Shown: piece by piece, positions 18,925-28,870 of the stretch
Position numbering within the stretch: position 1 is the first letter of the stretch
Layout: every line of letters starts with the position of its first letter
From: Candidatus Latescibacterota bacterium
GTDB taxonomy: Bacteria; Latescibacterota; UBA2968; UBA8231
Length of the DNA: 64,000 nt
Reading direction: 5' to 3'
NCBI GenBank assembly: GCA_965200315.1
Contig: OZ241362.1
Location: 2,912,001 to 2,976,000 of the forward strand
Made by a program: the position numbers and the translations under genes
The notes under the pieces: model-generated
Database searches by the model: none
Seen by the model: only the letters and a program-made list of their open reading frames with translations
Told to the model about the DNA's origin: nothing

Positions 18925-20490
18925 ATGGCCCCGACTCAACGTCGCATTCTGATCCTGACCCAGCGAGCAGAGCTGGAAGCGGAGTTCAAGTCCGCAGCCC
19001 ACGACGTGCGGCTGCGCGTACTCAGCGCGGCTAACGGTGATGCGCTTAGGCGGCTACTGAGGCGTGGAGTGGATCTGGTCGCCTTTGATCTGGAACTCCC
19101 GCCCGCCGGCCTCGCAGAGGGCGTCGCCGCGCTCGACCAGTACCGCGATGTGCCCATGCTAGGCTTGGGCAACGCCGATGAAAATTGGGACCGACTTTTG
19201 TGGGGCTCGCCTCTCAAAGACCAAATTGCCGTGCCCTTTGAGGCCACAGTCCTGCGTCAGCATCTGGACCAGCTACTAGAGCGCGGGGACTTTTTGCACG
19301 GGACCGAACTGATAGGTCAGTCGCCCTTAATGCGCCAACTGCGCGAACGCATCTTAATCTTGGCACCAACGCCTGTTTCCTCTATTCTCCTGACGGGCGA
19401 AAGCGGCGCGGGCAAGGACTTAGTTGCCGAAGCTCTACATCGCTATAGCAGCCGACGCGAACGTCCTTTCCGCCCGCTCAACTGCGGAGCCATTCCAGAG
19501 AATCTGTTAGAGAACGAACTCTTCGGGCACGAGAAAGGGGCCTTCACTGACGCCCGCGCCCGGTATCAAGGCATCTTTGAACAAGCGAACGGCGGAACAG
19601 TCTTTCTAGACGAAATCGGCGAGATGTCGCTGGCGGCGCAAGTGCGCCTCTTGCGGGTCCTCGAGCAGCGCGAGGTGGTCCGCATCAGCGGCAGCGCACC
19701 TATATCAGTGGATATTCGCGTCATCGCCGCGACCAACCGCGATCTACAAAAGGCTGTTGACCAGCGCGAGTTCCGCCTCGACCTATACCACCGGCTCAAG
19801 GTCGTCGAGCTCGACATTCCGCCGCTGCGCCGCCGAGCCGAGGACATTCCCCTCTTGATCGAGCACTTCACCAGCGAGTTGACCCAAGACAATAAGAGCC
19901 GTCTAGAGGGGTTCTCGGCGGCGGCGCTGGACCTTTTGCAAGACTATGCTTGGCCTGGCAATGTGCGCGAGTTGCGCAACCTAATCGAGCACTTGGTGTT
20001 CCTCGCCCCGCGGGCCCTCGTCGAACCCGAAGACCTATTGCCCCATCTTGGGATCCAGCCCGCACACCATTTGCCCGTGCCAACCAACAAGACGCCGGAC
20101 CAATCCGAGCGCGAGTTGATCTACTTTGCGCTCTTGGATCTCAAGCGCGAGGTCGCCGAGCTAAGAGCCGCAGTCGAGCGCAATGCCTCCGTGATGCCGT
20201 CCTCTACGCCTCCCGTAGCATCAAGGGCCGTTCGACCGGTCGAGCCCGAGGAACCTATCTATCCGGTTGAGGACACCCCTTACCATCCCGCAGACTCCCA
20301 GAAATCCGCGGCAATACGCCTCCCCGAAAACGCAGCTATTGAGCCTTTACCCACGCTCAAAGACCGCGAGCGAGAAGCCATCGAACAGGCCCTCGACCGC
20401 GTCGGTGGCAATCGTCGGAAGGCCGCCGCCATCCTCGGCATCAGCACTCGCACGCTCTACCGGAAGTTGAAGGAATACGACCTCGAATGA
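18925..20490 (+). CDS. Sigma-54-dependent Fis-family transcriptional activator
   Basis: GESGAGKD Walker A, ELFGHEKGAFTDA, FLDEIGE, WPGNVREL, C-terminal Fis HTH; atypical receiver-like N-terminus. Confidence 0.93.
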   Translation: MAPTQRRILILTQRAELEAEFKSAAHDVRLRVLSAANGDALRRLLRRGVDLVAFDLELPPAGLAEGVAALDQYRDVPMLGLGNADENWDRLLWGSPLKDQIAVPFEATVLRQHLDQLLERGDFLHGTELIGQSPLMRQLRERILILAPTPVSSILLTGESGAGKDLVAEALHRYSSRRERPFRPLNCGAIPENLLENELFGHEKGAFTDARARYQGIFEQANGGTVFLDEIGEMSLAAQVRLLRVLEQREVVRISGSAPISVDIRVIAATNRDLQKAVDQREFRLDLYHRLKVVELDIPPLRRRAEDIPLLIEHFTSELTQDNKSRLEGFSAAALDLLQDYAWPGNVRELRNLIEHLVFLAPRALVEPEDLLPHLGIQPAHHLPVPTNKTPDQSERELIYFALLDLKREVAELRAAVERNASVMPSSTPPVASRAVRPVEPEEPIYPVEDTPYHPADSQKSAAIRLPENAAIEPLPTLKDREREAIEQALDRVGGNRRKAAAILGISTRTLYRKLKEYDLE

Positions 20491-21980
20491 AGCGCCGTCA
20501 CCGCGCCGTCAGGCGCGACAATCCCTCCACCCTGTTCAGCATTTGTCGCCCGTGGGTGAGCAGCACCCTTATTGCCGCGTTGCTCGCGGGTGCGCACCCG
20601 GCTGGGGCGCAAATGCCGGAGGAGAGCACTCAGTCTCTGGCGAATCTCAGCAGGGCTTTCCGTCACGCCTATGAACAAGTGCGTCCGGCTGTGGTTTTAA
20701 TCGCGGCGACGACCCGATCGCGGCAAAAGCGCACATTGCCCCTCTTCCACCCAGAAATTCCCGAAGACTTTCGCGGCATAGGCTCCGGGACTATCGTCAG
20801 CGCCGACGGCTACATTCTGAGCAATTACCACGTCGTCGCCGGGGCCGACTCCATCCAAGTCACCCTCTCGGACCGCCGCACCTATCAGGCTAAGGTCATC
20901 GGCTTCGATTCGCTGATTGACATCGCCCTGCTCAAGGTTGAGGCGCAGGGGCTGCCTACCGTGCAGTTAGCCGATTCAGACCGCTTGCAAATCGGCGATT
21001 GGGTGCTGGCCATTGGCCATCCCTTGGGCATGGGGTCAACGCTGACGCACGGCATCGTCAGTGCCCTAGGGCGTCAAGCAGGCATTTTCAACCCCAGAAG
21101 CGACGAAGAAAATCGCTACGCCATCGAGAGTTTTATCCAGACCAATGCCGTGATTAATCCCGGCAATTCCGGCGGCCCTCTACTCGATATACAGGGCCGA
21201 GTAGTAGGGATCAACACGGCCATTTCAACGAGCACTGGTTACTACATCGGCTATGGGCTAGCTGTGCCGATCAACCTAGCGCACGAGGTGGTGGATGATC
21301 TGCTGGTCCACGGGCGGATCGTACGCGGCTACTTGGGCGTGTCCATGGAATCTGAGATGACCCCAGAGCTAATCCGCGAACACAACCTCGGCATGGAATG
21401 GCCACGGGGCGTTTGCCTCAGAGATGTGCAGCCCAACAGCCCGGCCGCGCGTGGTGGCCTGCGCGTCGGGGACGTCGTCCTGTCGCTCGATGGCATCGAG
21501 GTGAATCACTTCAACCACCTGCAGACGCTGATCTACAGCCGCGACCCAAGCGAGACGATCAACCTACAAATCATGCGCCAGAATCAAATCCACCCCATCG
21601 CCGTGGTGCTCGGCGAGCGCGAAGAGGACCGGCTCCTTTCCGAAGGATATCAGCGGCTAGCAAAGCTAGGGATTTCGGTCGAAACCTTGCCCGCTGAATT
21701 GGCCGTCGAGTTGGGCTTTATCGGTGAGTTGGCGGCTGAACTGGGTTTTGCACAAGGCGAGGAGCCGGTGGTGGTAGTTGAAGTAGATCCGGAGGGGCTG
21801 GCCGCAGACAAAGGGATTCAAGTGCGCGACGTGATTACCGAAGTGGATCAAGAACGCGTTACCTCGTTGGAGCAATTTGTGCGCTCTGTTTCCGAGCTGG
21901 AGGAGGGGCTGTTTGCGTTGTTCTGGTTTTGGCGGCCCGATACCGGAATCGAGGCCCGGGCACTGAGGATTCCGGAGTAA
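20487..21980 (+). CDS. HtrA/DegP-family serine protease with PDZ domains
   Basis: SNYHVV, DIALLK, NPGNSGG triad motifs; two PDZ-like regions. Confidence 0.93.
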   Translation: MKRRHRAVRRDNPSTLFSICRPWVSSTLIAALLAGAHPAGAQMPEESTQSLANLSRAFRHAYEQVRPAVVLIAATTRSRQKRTLPLFHPEIPEDFRGIGSGTIVSADGYILSNYHVVAGADSIQVTLSDRRTYQAKVIGFDSLIDIALLKVEAQGLPTVQLADSDRLQIGDWVLAIGHPLGMGSTLTHGIVSALGRQAGIFNPRSDEENRYAIESFIQTNAVINPGNSGGPLLDIQGRVVGINTAISTSTGYYIGYGLAVPINLAHEVVDDLLVHGRIVRGYLGVSMESEMTPELIREHNLGMEWPRGVCLRDVQPNSPAARGGLRVGDVVLSLDGIEVNHFNHLQTLIYSRDPSETINLQIMRQNQIHPIAVVLGEREEDRLLSEGYQRLAKLGISVETLPAELAVELGFIGELAAELGFAQGEEPVVVVEVDPEGLAADKGIQVRDVITEVDQERVTSLEQFVRSVSELEEGLFALFWFWRPDTGIEARALRIPE

Positions 21981-21984
21981 AACC

Positions 21985-23124
21985 ATGACGCCCGACCTAA
22001 AAGGGGCCGATGCCCTGCTGATGATCGACAGCAGCGAACGCTGCGCCAATCTATTCTACGCCACCTGCTTTCGCGCCCCCGACCCCTTCGTCTTTCTGTG
22101 GACCCCCAACGAAAAGATCATGCTCGCCAACAGCCTTGAGATCAACCGCGCACGCGACCAAGCTAGCGTCGATCGGGTATTGTCTTATACCCAGTACGAG
22201 AGGCAGGCCAAGGAAAGGGGCCAAGAGCGGCCCAAGAGCAAAGCCGTCTTGTTGGAACTTTTGCGCGACCTCGGCTTGGCGAAGCTGCAAGTGCCTGCTG
22301 ATTTTCCCCTTGGTACGGCCGATTTTCTGCGGGGGGAAGGCATCGAATTGGCCATTGCGGCCGAGCCGCTCTTTCCCCAGCGCAGAATCAAGGACGCCAC
22401 AGAGATCGAGAATGTGCGCCGGGCGATGCGGGCCGCCGAAGCAGGCATGGAGATGGCGATTGAAGGGCTGCGCACAGCCGATGTGCGCGACGGTACGCTC
22501 TTTCTCAACGGCGACGTACTCACTTCAGAGCGATTGCGGCGTATGGTGCATCAGACACTCATGGACTGCGACAGCATTGGCGAACATACCATCATTGCCG
22601 GCGGCGACCAAGGCTGCGATCCGCACCAAGTGGGCTTTGGGCCTTTGTGCGCTGGCGAGACCATCATTATCGACATTTTTCCGCGCGATGAGACGAGCGG
22701 CTACTACGGAGACCTGACGCGGACCGTCTGTAAGGGACCGGCCTCCAAACCGATGCAACACCTGTACGAAACCGTGCTGGAGGCTCAACAATTGGGCTTA
22801 GACCACATCCATCCGGGTGCCGAAGGCCACCTTATTCACGAGGCAATCCAACGGTTTTTCAGCGATGCCGGCTACGAGACGGGAGAGAAAGACGGCTATA
22901 TGCAGGGCTACATCCACAGCACGGGGCACGGGCTAGGCCTAGAGATCCACGAGGGGCCGAGGATCGGCCCGCACGGCGACATGCTTGAATCAGAGCACGT
23001 CGTGACGATGGAACCGGGGCTCTACTACCGAGGCTTGGGGGGCGTGCGGATCGAAGATACGGTCGTCGTTTGCGCCGGCGGCTACGAGAATTTATGCAGC
23101 CTGCCCAAGGTGCTCGAAGTGTGA
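21985..23124 (+). CDS. Xaa-Pro aminopeptidase (M24)
   Basis: GDLTRT, HSTGHGLGLEIHE, EPGLY, GVRIED. Confidence 0.93.
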   Translation: MTPDLKGADALLMIDSSERCANLFYATCFRAPDPFVFLWTPNEKIMLANSLEINRARDQASVDRVLSYTQYERQAKERGQERPKSKAVLLELLRDLGLAKLQVPADFPLGTADFLRGEGIELAIAAEPLFPQRRIKDATEIENVRRAMRAAEAGMEMAIEGLRTADVRDGTLFLNGDVLTSERLRRMVHQTLMDCDSIGEHTIIAGGDQGCDPHQVGFGPLCAGETIIIDIFPRDETSGYYGDLTRTVCKGPASKPMQHLYETVLEAQQLGLDHIHPGAEGHLIHEAIQRFFSDAGYETGEKDGYMQGYIHSTGHGLGLEIHEGPRIGPHGDMLESEHVVTMEPGLYYRGLGGVRIEDTVVVCAGGYENLCSLPKVLEV

Positions 23125-23170
23125 ATGCGGCCTCGTTGACAAAAAGGGGAGATTGAGCAGATTTATTTTT

Positions 23171-23795
23171 TTATGAGACGGCACAAATTCACCCTTGGCT
23201 CCCTAGTCATTGCCGCTGGCTTGATCTACCTTTTTGCTGCCGGCGTCCAACAGTCAACAGCGACCCATATGACGCTGCAAACTCTGATGGAGGGATTATG
23301 AGACGGCACAAATTCACCCTTGGCTCCCTAGTCATTGCCGCTGGCTTGATCTACCTTTTTGCTGCCGGCGTCCAACAGTCAACAGCGACCCATATGACGC
23401 TGCAAACTCTGATGGAGGGATTATGAGACGGCACAAATTCACCCTTGGCTCCCTAGTCATTGCCGCTGGCTTGATCTACCTTTTTGCTGCCGGCGTCCAA
23501 CAGTCAACAGCGACCCATATGACGCTGCAAACTCTGATGGAGGGATTATGAGACGGCACAAATTCACCCTTGGCTCCCTAGTCATTGCCGCTGGCTTGAT
23601 CTACCTTTTTGCTGCCGGCGTCCAACAGTCAACAGCGACCCATATGACGCTGCAAACTCTGATGGAGGGATTATGAGACGGCACAAATTCACCCTTGGCT
23701 CCCTAGTCATTGCCGCTGGCTTGATCTACCTTTTTGCTGCCGGCGTCCAACAGTCAACAGCGACCCATATGACGCTGCAAACTCTGATGGAGGGA
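23171..23795 (+). repeat. Five identical 125-bp tandem copies of the ccmE 5' end
   Basis: Unit ttATGAGACGG...GATGGAGGGA; ATGs at 23173, 23298, 23423, 23548, 23673; only the last copy continues into ccmE. Confidence 0.97.
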
Positions 23796-24107
23796 GCGAC
23801 AGACGACGGCCAGCGCATCCAGTTAGGCGGCGGCACGGTAGTGCCCGGTTCGATTGAGTGGGACCGGTATCGCTCGCGGCCCGAATTCGTGATTACCGAC
23901 GGGCAACACACCCTGCGGGTGCGCTACGTCGGACACGCCGTGCTGCCCGATACCTTCAAAGACGAGGCACTGGTAGTTCTCGACGGCGAATACCATCCTG
24001 CCGACCAGATCTTTGCCGCCGATTTAGTCCATGCCAAATGCCCCTCCAAATACGAGGGACAAAGCTATGAAGGCCACGTGCAGGCGATGAATAGCCGGAA
24101 CGGCTAG
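23673..24107 (+). CDS. ccmE: Heme chaperone CcmE, Cys-type (CxxxY)
   Basis: N-terminal TM, LPDTFK, AKCPSKY. Confidence 0.93.
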   Translation: MRRHKFTLGSLVIAAGLIYLFAAGVQQSTATHMTLQTLMEGATDDGQRIQLGGGTVVPGSIEWDRYRSRPEFVITDGQHTLRVRYVGHAVLPDTFKDEALVVLDGEYHPADQIFAADLVHAKCPSKYEGQSYEGHVQAMNSRNG

Positions 24108-24140
24108 CCCGCAGCACCTTTTGGCTTTTCACGACACTTT

Positions 24141-26597
24141 ATGGTTGATCTCGGCTATTTTGCCCTGTGCCTAGCACTCCTAGCCTCTGGCTATGGAGCT
24201 CTGGCGTCGGCTCTCGGGGCGAGGCGTGGCCACTTGGGGCTGGTGCGCTCGGGCGAAAACGGGGTCTTGGCGACCTGTGTCCTGCTGACGCTGGCGGTTC
24301 TCGCGCTGTGGCACGCGCTCCTCTCTCACGACTTCCAAGTCGAGTACGTGGCCGAAAACAGCAACCGCGCCATGCCTTTGTTCTATTTAATAACGGCGCT
24401 GTGGGGCGGGCAGAACGGGTCGCTGTTGTTTTGGGGCTGGATCCTATCCATCTACTCGGCGGGCTTGGCGGCACTCTACCGCCAGCGCTATCGCGCATTG
24501 ATGCCTTACGCGATGGCAACCCTATCCCTTACCAGCTTCTTCTTTTGCATCGTGCATCTCTTTGCCGCGGACCCGTTCCAGCGCCTGCCTTTCACGCCAG
24601 AAGACGGCCGCGGGCTCAACCCGATTCTACAACATCCTGTCATGGCCATTCACCCGCCGATGCTCTATTTGGGAATGGTGGGCATGGTCGTACCCTTTGC
24701 CTTTGCCATCGCCGCGCTCTTGACCGGCAAGTTGGACGCTACTTGGCTCCGTGCGGCGCGGCGCTGGATGCTCATCCCTTGGACCTTTCTCGGCTTCGGT
24801 CTCCTGCTAGGCGGCAAGTGGGCCTATGTCGAACTGGGATGGGGTGGATATTGGGCGTGGGATCCGGTGGAGAATTCCTCGCTGATGCCTTGGCTGGTCG
24901 CCACCGCTTTTCTGCACTCGATTATGATTCAAGAGCGCAAGGGCATGCTCAAAGTGTGGAATGTGGCACTGGCGATCCTCACATACGCGCTGTGCCTGTT
25001 CGGCACCTTTATGACCCGCAGTGGCATTATCTCCTCGGTTCACGCCTTTGCCCAATCCAACATCGGCCCTTTTTTTGGCACGTTTCTAGTCCTGACGCTG
25101 ATTTTTTCTTTTGGGCTTTTGTGGCTGCGGCTACCCTTGCTCAAGGCCGAAAACCGCTTGGAATCTTTTGCCTCGCGCGAGACGGCTTTCTTGCTCAACA
25201 ACTGGGTTCTCTTGGGGATACTCTTCGCCGTGTTCTGGGGCACGGTCTTCCCACTGGTCTCCGAAGCCTTAACCGACGAGCAAATCACGGTCGGGCCTCC
25301 TTTTTTCAATCAAGTCACGATTCCCATCGGCCTAGTGCTCCTGTTGTTGACGGGTGCTGGTCCACTCTTCGCTTGGCGCCGCACCTCCCGCGAGAGTCTG
25401 CGCAAAAACTTCATTCGCCCAGTGACGGCAGGCGCACTTTCTTGCGGGGTCTTTTTTGTTGTTGGCATACGCGATCCCTATGTGGTGCTGTCATTCGGGC
25501 TATGCGTCTTCGTACTCGTCGCGCTCACTGCCGAATTCCACGCCGGGGCGCGGGCGCGGAGGCACAGTACGGGCGAGTCCTATCCGGTGGCATTGTATCG
25601 CCTCTGCGCCAAAAACCGACGGCGTTATGGCGGGTATTCGACCCATCTAGGGCTGGTATTGCTCTTTGCCGGCTTTACTGGCAAAGCCTTTACCCAAGAA
25701 GCCGAAGTCGTCCTCGACCAAGGGGCTTCGCGTCAAGTCGGCGAATACCGGCTTACCTTCGCGTCGCTGGCCTTCGCCGAAAACGCCAACCACAGCACTA
25801 CCGCCGCGGCCTTGGCTCTGCACCGCGGCGATCAATTCCTCGGTACGCTGCTGCCGGAGCGACGCTACTATCCGGCTTTTGACCAAGGAACTACTGAAGT
25901 CTCCATTTACTCGACGTGGCGCGAGGACTTCTATGTAATTCTAGTGGGGGCCGCCGAAGACCAGAGCGCCAAATTCCAAATCTATATCAACCCGTTAATC
26001 AACTTCGTGTGGCTCGGTGCTGTCGTCCTAGTGCTCGGCGCACTGTGGGCGATGTGGCCCACGCCGCGAGACCGGCGGCTAGCGCGGATCGATCGCGAGA
26101 CCGCAATGGACTCGGCCATCGCCCGGAGGCCTCGTATGTACGTGCCCGTGCTCGCTGCATTGGCACTGGGCTTCTCGCCAGTAGGGGCGGCAACAACGGC
26201 GGAAATCAAGGCTGTGGCTGCGGAATTGGTCTGTCTCTGCGGCAGTTGCCCTCGGGAATCCCTAGCCACTTGTCTTTGTTCTGACTTCGCGGTCCCCGAA
26301 CGCGAGGCGATTGGCTCAGCCCTAGACCAAGGCCAGACTCGACAGCAGATCATCGACGGCTATGTAGCGCGTTTTGGCCCGATGGCCTTAGCCACTCCGC
26401 CGCACGAGGGCTTTAACTTGCTCGCTTGGGTAGCACCTTTTTTGGCTCTTTTGTTTGGCGTTGCCCTAGTACGCACCCTGCTAGTTCGCTGGAAAGACCA
26501 AGGCCAAGCGCCTCTACAGTCCAAGCACCAGTCGGCCAACCGCAGCCAAGACGCGGATCGCTTGAGACGCGAATTAGATCACTACGACGATGGCTAA
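24141..26597 (+). CDS. ccmF: Heme lyase CcmF fused to a CcmH-like domain
   Basis: HPPMLY, WAYVELGWGGYWAWDPVEN, SVHAF; C-terminal ELVCLCGSC...PP...NLLAWVAP. Confidence 0.92.
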   Translation: MVDLGYFALCLALLASGYGALASALGARRGHLGLVRSGENGVLATCVLLTLAVLALWHALLSHDFQVEYVAENSNRAMPLFYLITALWGGQNGSLLFWGWILSIYSAGLAALYRQRYRALMPYAMATLSLTSFFFCIVHLFAADPFQRLPFTPEDGRGLNPILQHPVMAIHPPMLYLGMVGMVVPFAFAIAALLTGKLDATWLRAARRWMLIPWTFLGFGLLLGGKWAYVELGWGGYWAWDPVENSSLMPWLVATAFLHSIMIQERKGMLKVWNVALAILTYALCLFGTFMTRSGIISSVHAFAQSNIGPFFGTFLVLTLIFSFGLLWLRLPLLKAENRLESFASRETAFLLNNWVLLGILFAVFWGTVFPLVSEALTDEQITVGPPFFNQVTIPIGLVLLLLTGAGPLFAWRRTSRESLRKNFIRPVTAGALSCGVFFVVGIRDPYVVLSFGLCVFVLVALTAEFHAGARARRHSTGESYPVALYRLCAKNRRRYGGYSTHLGLVLLFAGFTGKAFTQEAEVVLDQGASRQVGEYRLTFASLAFAENANHSTTAAALALHRGDQFLGTLLPERRYYPAFDQGTTEVSIYSTWREDFYVILVGAAEDQSAKFQIYINPLINFVWLGAVVLVLGALWAMWPTPRDRRLARIDRETAMDSAIARRPRMYVPVLAALALGFSPVGAATTAEIKAVAAELVCLCGSCPRESLATCLCSDFAVPEREAIGSALDQGQTRQQIIDGYVARFGPMALATPPHEGFNLLAWVAPFLALLFGVALVRTLLVRWKDQGQAPLQSKHQSANRSQDADRLRRELDHYDDG

Positions 26598-26642
26598 TTC
26601 GGCCGAACCGACGCGAGCCTGTTAGGGCCCAATAGTATTATA

Positions 26643-27080
26643 ATGAACGCGATAGGACTCCTGCCCATATTGTGTTCAGTCGCTCTGCTGTTGGGGCTGT
26701 TGCTCTATCTGGCACTTCCCCTCCTAGCGAGCGAGCGGACGGGCGTAGCGAGTGGATCAACGAGACAGCTTTTTGAGCGCAAGGAGCAGCTTTTGGGCGA
26801 GATCGTCGAACTGGAGCTTGACCGCGAGCTTGGGAAAGTGTCTACAGAGGATTTTCAACGCCTCTTCGGCGAGTTGGAAGCCGAGACGCTGGCGGTTATC
26901 GGCGAGTTGGATCGGCTCAACGGCGCGAGCAGCTCTCAACTCGAACGACGCATTGAGGAAGAGGTTGCGGCTCTGCGCCAAAAGACCGCCGTTCCTCGTT
27001 GCAGCGGCTGCGGGGCCTTGCGGCGCGAGGGAGATCGGTTCTGTCCGCAATGCGGCACTTCGCTAGTGGAATCTGGCTGA
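26643..27080 (+). CDS. Membrane-anchored CcmI-N-like coiled coil with C-terminal zinc ribbon
   Basis: TM, ELELDRELGKVSTEDF, CSGC...FCPQCG. Confidence 0.75.
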   Translation: MNAIGLLPILCSVALLLGLLLYLALPLLASERTGVASGSTRQLFERKEQLLGEIVELELDRELGKVSTEDFQRLFGELEAETLAVIGELDRLNGASSSQLERRIEEEVAALRQKTAVPRCSGCGALRREGDRFCPQCGTSLVESG

Positions 27081-27083
27081 GCC

Positions 27084-28157
27084 ATGGTTCTGCGCTCGCT
27101 TTGTGTTGCAATCGTCCTTTGCGCTTCCGATCTGTGGGGCGCGGCGATCAATGGTTATGTACTCAACCCCTTCACCCAAACGCGAATTCCGGGCATTCCC
27201 GTGGCCTTCTACGTCCACCAAGACGGACAAATCCTCGAGATGCTGCGCAAGGAGACCGACGCCGAGGGGCGCTTCTCTTTTGCCGGCCCTTTTCTACAGA
27301 GCGGACTCCTCTTCGGGCTAGCGGCCTTCTACGACGACATCCCCTACTTTTCTTCGACTCTTAAGGCCGGGGCGCAACAACAGGTCATCCTCGAAGTGTA
27401 CGAAAAAACCGATGACCCCTCCGGAATCCGCATCGGTACTCATCACCTCTTTTTCACGCTGCGCGAGAATGCGATTGAGTGCATCCAGCTCCTGCAAATT
27501 CACAACACCCGCGAGCGCACGTACGCAGGCCGTGGTGACGGACGCGAGCGGCAAGTGACCGAATTGGCCTTGCCAACGGGTATCTTCAATCTCCAAAGCC
27601 ACTCGGGGTTGCTCCACCAAGCCGGAGAAGGTCGTTTCTTCGACAACCAGCCCCTGCCTCCGGGCCGGTCGCAACGGAGTTTTTCTCTTAATCTCGACGT
27701 ACGCAAATTCGCCAGTCCCTATGTGCATCAGGTGATATATCCGACCGACCGCTTGGAGATTTTTCTCGACCCACCTTCCACGGAGATCAAACCGCCTTTT
27801 ATCGATCTAGGTATCGTTGAACAGCACGGACGCCAGTACCGGAAAGTGGCCATGGAAAACCTACAGCCAAGTCAGCAGGTGGCAATCCCCTTGCCTCTCG
27901 CTCCCTCGCTGCGTTGGTCGCTCAAATGGGCTGCGCTGGCCGGCTCATTCCTCGCCGGTGGGGTCGCGCTGGCATTGAGCCGCCAATACCCAAACACTGA
28001 TCGTATGAACGCAGAGGAACGGCGGCAGCATCTGATTGAGGAACTCGCTCGGCTCGACGACTCTCTTGCCGGTTTGCCCGAAGATCCGCATTACCTAGAC
28101 CAGCGGGCGCACCTGATGCGCGCGGCTGTTGCCCTGACTCAAGCACTTGAAGTGTGA
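27084..28157 (+). CDS. Ccm-operon-associated exported protein with C-terminal TM
   Basis: Signal peptide, TDAEGRFSF beta-sandwich motif, TM near the C-terminus, then a helical tail. Confidence 0.75.
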   Translation: MVLRSLCVAIVLCASDLWGAAINGYVLNPFTQTRIPGIPVAFYVHQDGQILEMLRKETDAEGRFSFAGPFLQSGLLFGLAAFYDDIPYFSSTLKAGAQQQVILEVYEKTDDPSGIRIGTHHLFFTLRENAIECIQLLQIHNTRERTYAGRGDGRERQVTELALPTGIFNLQSHSGLLHQAGEGRFFDNQPLPPGRSQRSFSLNLDVRKFASPYVHQVIYPTDRLEIFLDPPSTEIKPPFIDLGIVEQHGRQYRKVAMENLQPSQQVAIPLPLAPSLRWSLKWAALAGSFLAGGVALALSRQYPNTDRMNAEERRQHLIEELARLDDSLAGLPEDPHYLDQRAHLMRAAVALTQALEV

Positions 28158-28870
28158 TGAGTGGAGACGATGCAATCGTCCTAGCGGGCGTGGCCAAGCG
28201 CTTTGGTGACCACACAGCCCTGCATCCCATCGATCTAGTCATCCCGCACGGGCAAGCGGCGCTGCTCGTTGGTGCCAATGGCGCAGGCAAGAGTACTCTG
28301 CTGAGGCTAATGGCCGGCCTTTGCCGACCTTCGGCAGGGAGAGTGAAGATCAGCGGTCGCGATCCTCAACGCATCCCCGAGGCGCGGGCAGAAATCGGCC
28401 TGCTTTCGCATCAGACCTTGCTCTACGACGAACTGACGGCGCGGGAGAACTTGCGCTTCTTCGCCCAACTCTATGGACTAGACGACCCCGACCAACGGCT
28501 CGCTGCGGCCTTAGCGGCTGTTGGTCTGAACGAGCGGCCCGACCAGCGCGTAGGTTCGTTCTCCCGCGGTATGAAGCAGCGGCTGGCCATTGCCCGTGCC
28601 ATCCTGCATGGTCCTTCTATTCTCTTGCTTGACGAACCGTTTACCGGCCTCGACACCAGTGCCAGCGCCGCTTTGCACCGCCTCGTGCGCCGCCTTCGGC
28701 AAGAGGGGCGCACCTGCATCTTGGTAACGCATCGCCTCAATGAGGCCGAGGGCCTAGTGGATCGTCTGCTGGTAATCGAACGCGGTCAATGGCGCTTGGA
28801 CCAAGTCCTGACGGAAGATTCTAACCAACTGCGCAGGATCTGTGCGCCCTATCTCGACGTTGACTCATGA
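28154..28870 (+). CDS. ccmA: Heme ABC exporter ATPase
   Basis: GANGAGKST, FSRGMKQRL, LLLDEP; context. Confidence 0.9.
   Translation: MMSGDDAIVLAGVAKRFGDHTALHPIDLVIPHGQAALLVGANGAGKSTLLRLMAGLCRPSAGRVKISGRDPQRIPEARAEIGLLSHQTLLYDELTARENLRFFAQLYGLDDPDQRLAAALAAVGLNERPDQRVGSFSRGMKQRLAIARAILHGPSILLLDEPFTGLDTSASAALHRLVRRLRQEGRTCILVTHRLNEAEGLVDRLLVIERGQWRLDQVLTEDSNQLRRICAPYLDVDS

Noticed and set aside
23171-23795. CRISPR array interpretation of the repeats
   Set aside because: Units are contiguous and identical with no spacers, are ccmE coding sequence, and no cas genes are present.
24167-25882. 571-aa alternative-frame ORF inside ccmF
   Set aside because: Arg/Pro/Ala-rich with no motif; the expected stop-poor shadow frame of a GC-rich membrane-protein gene.
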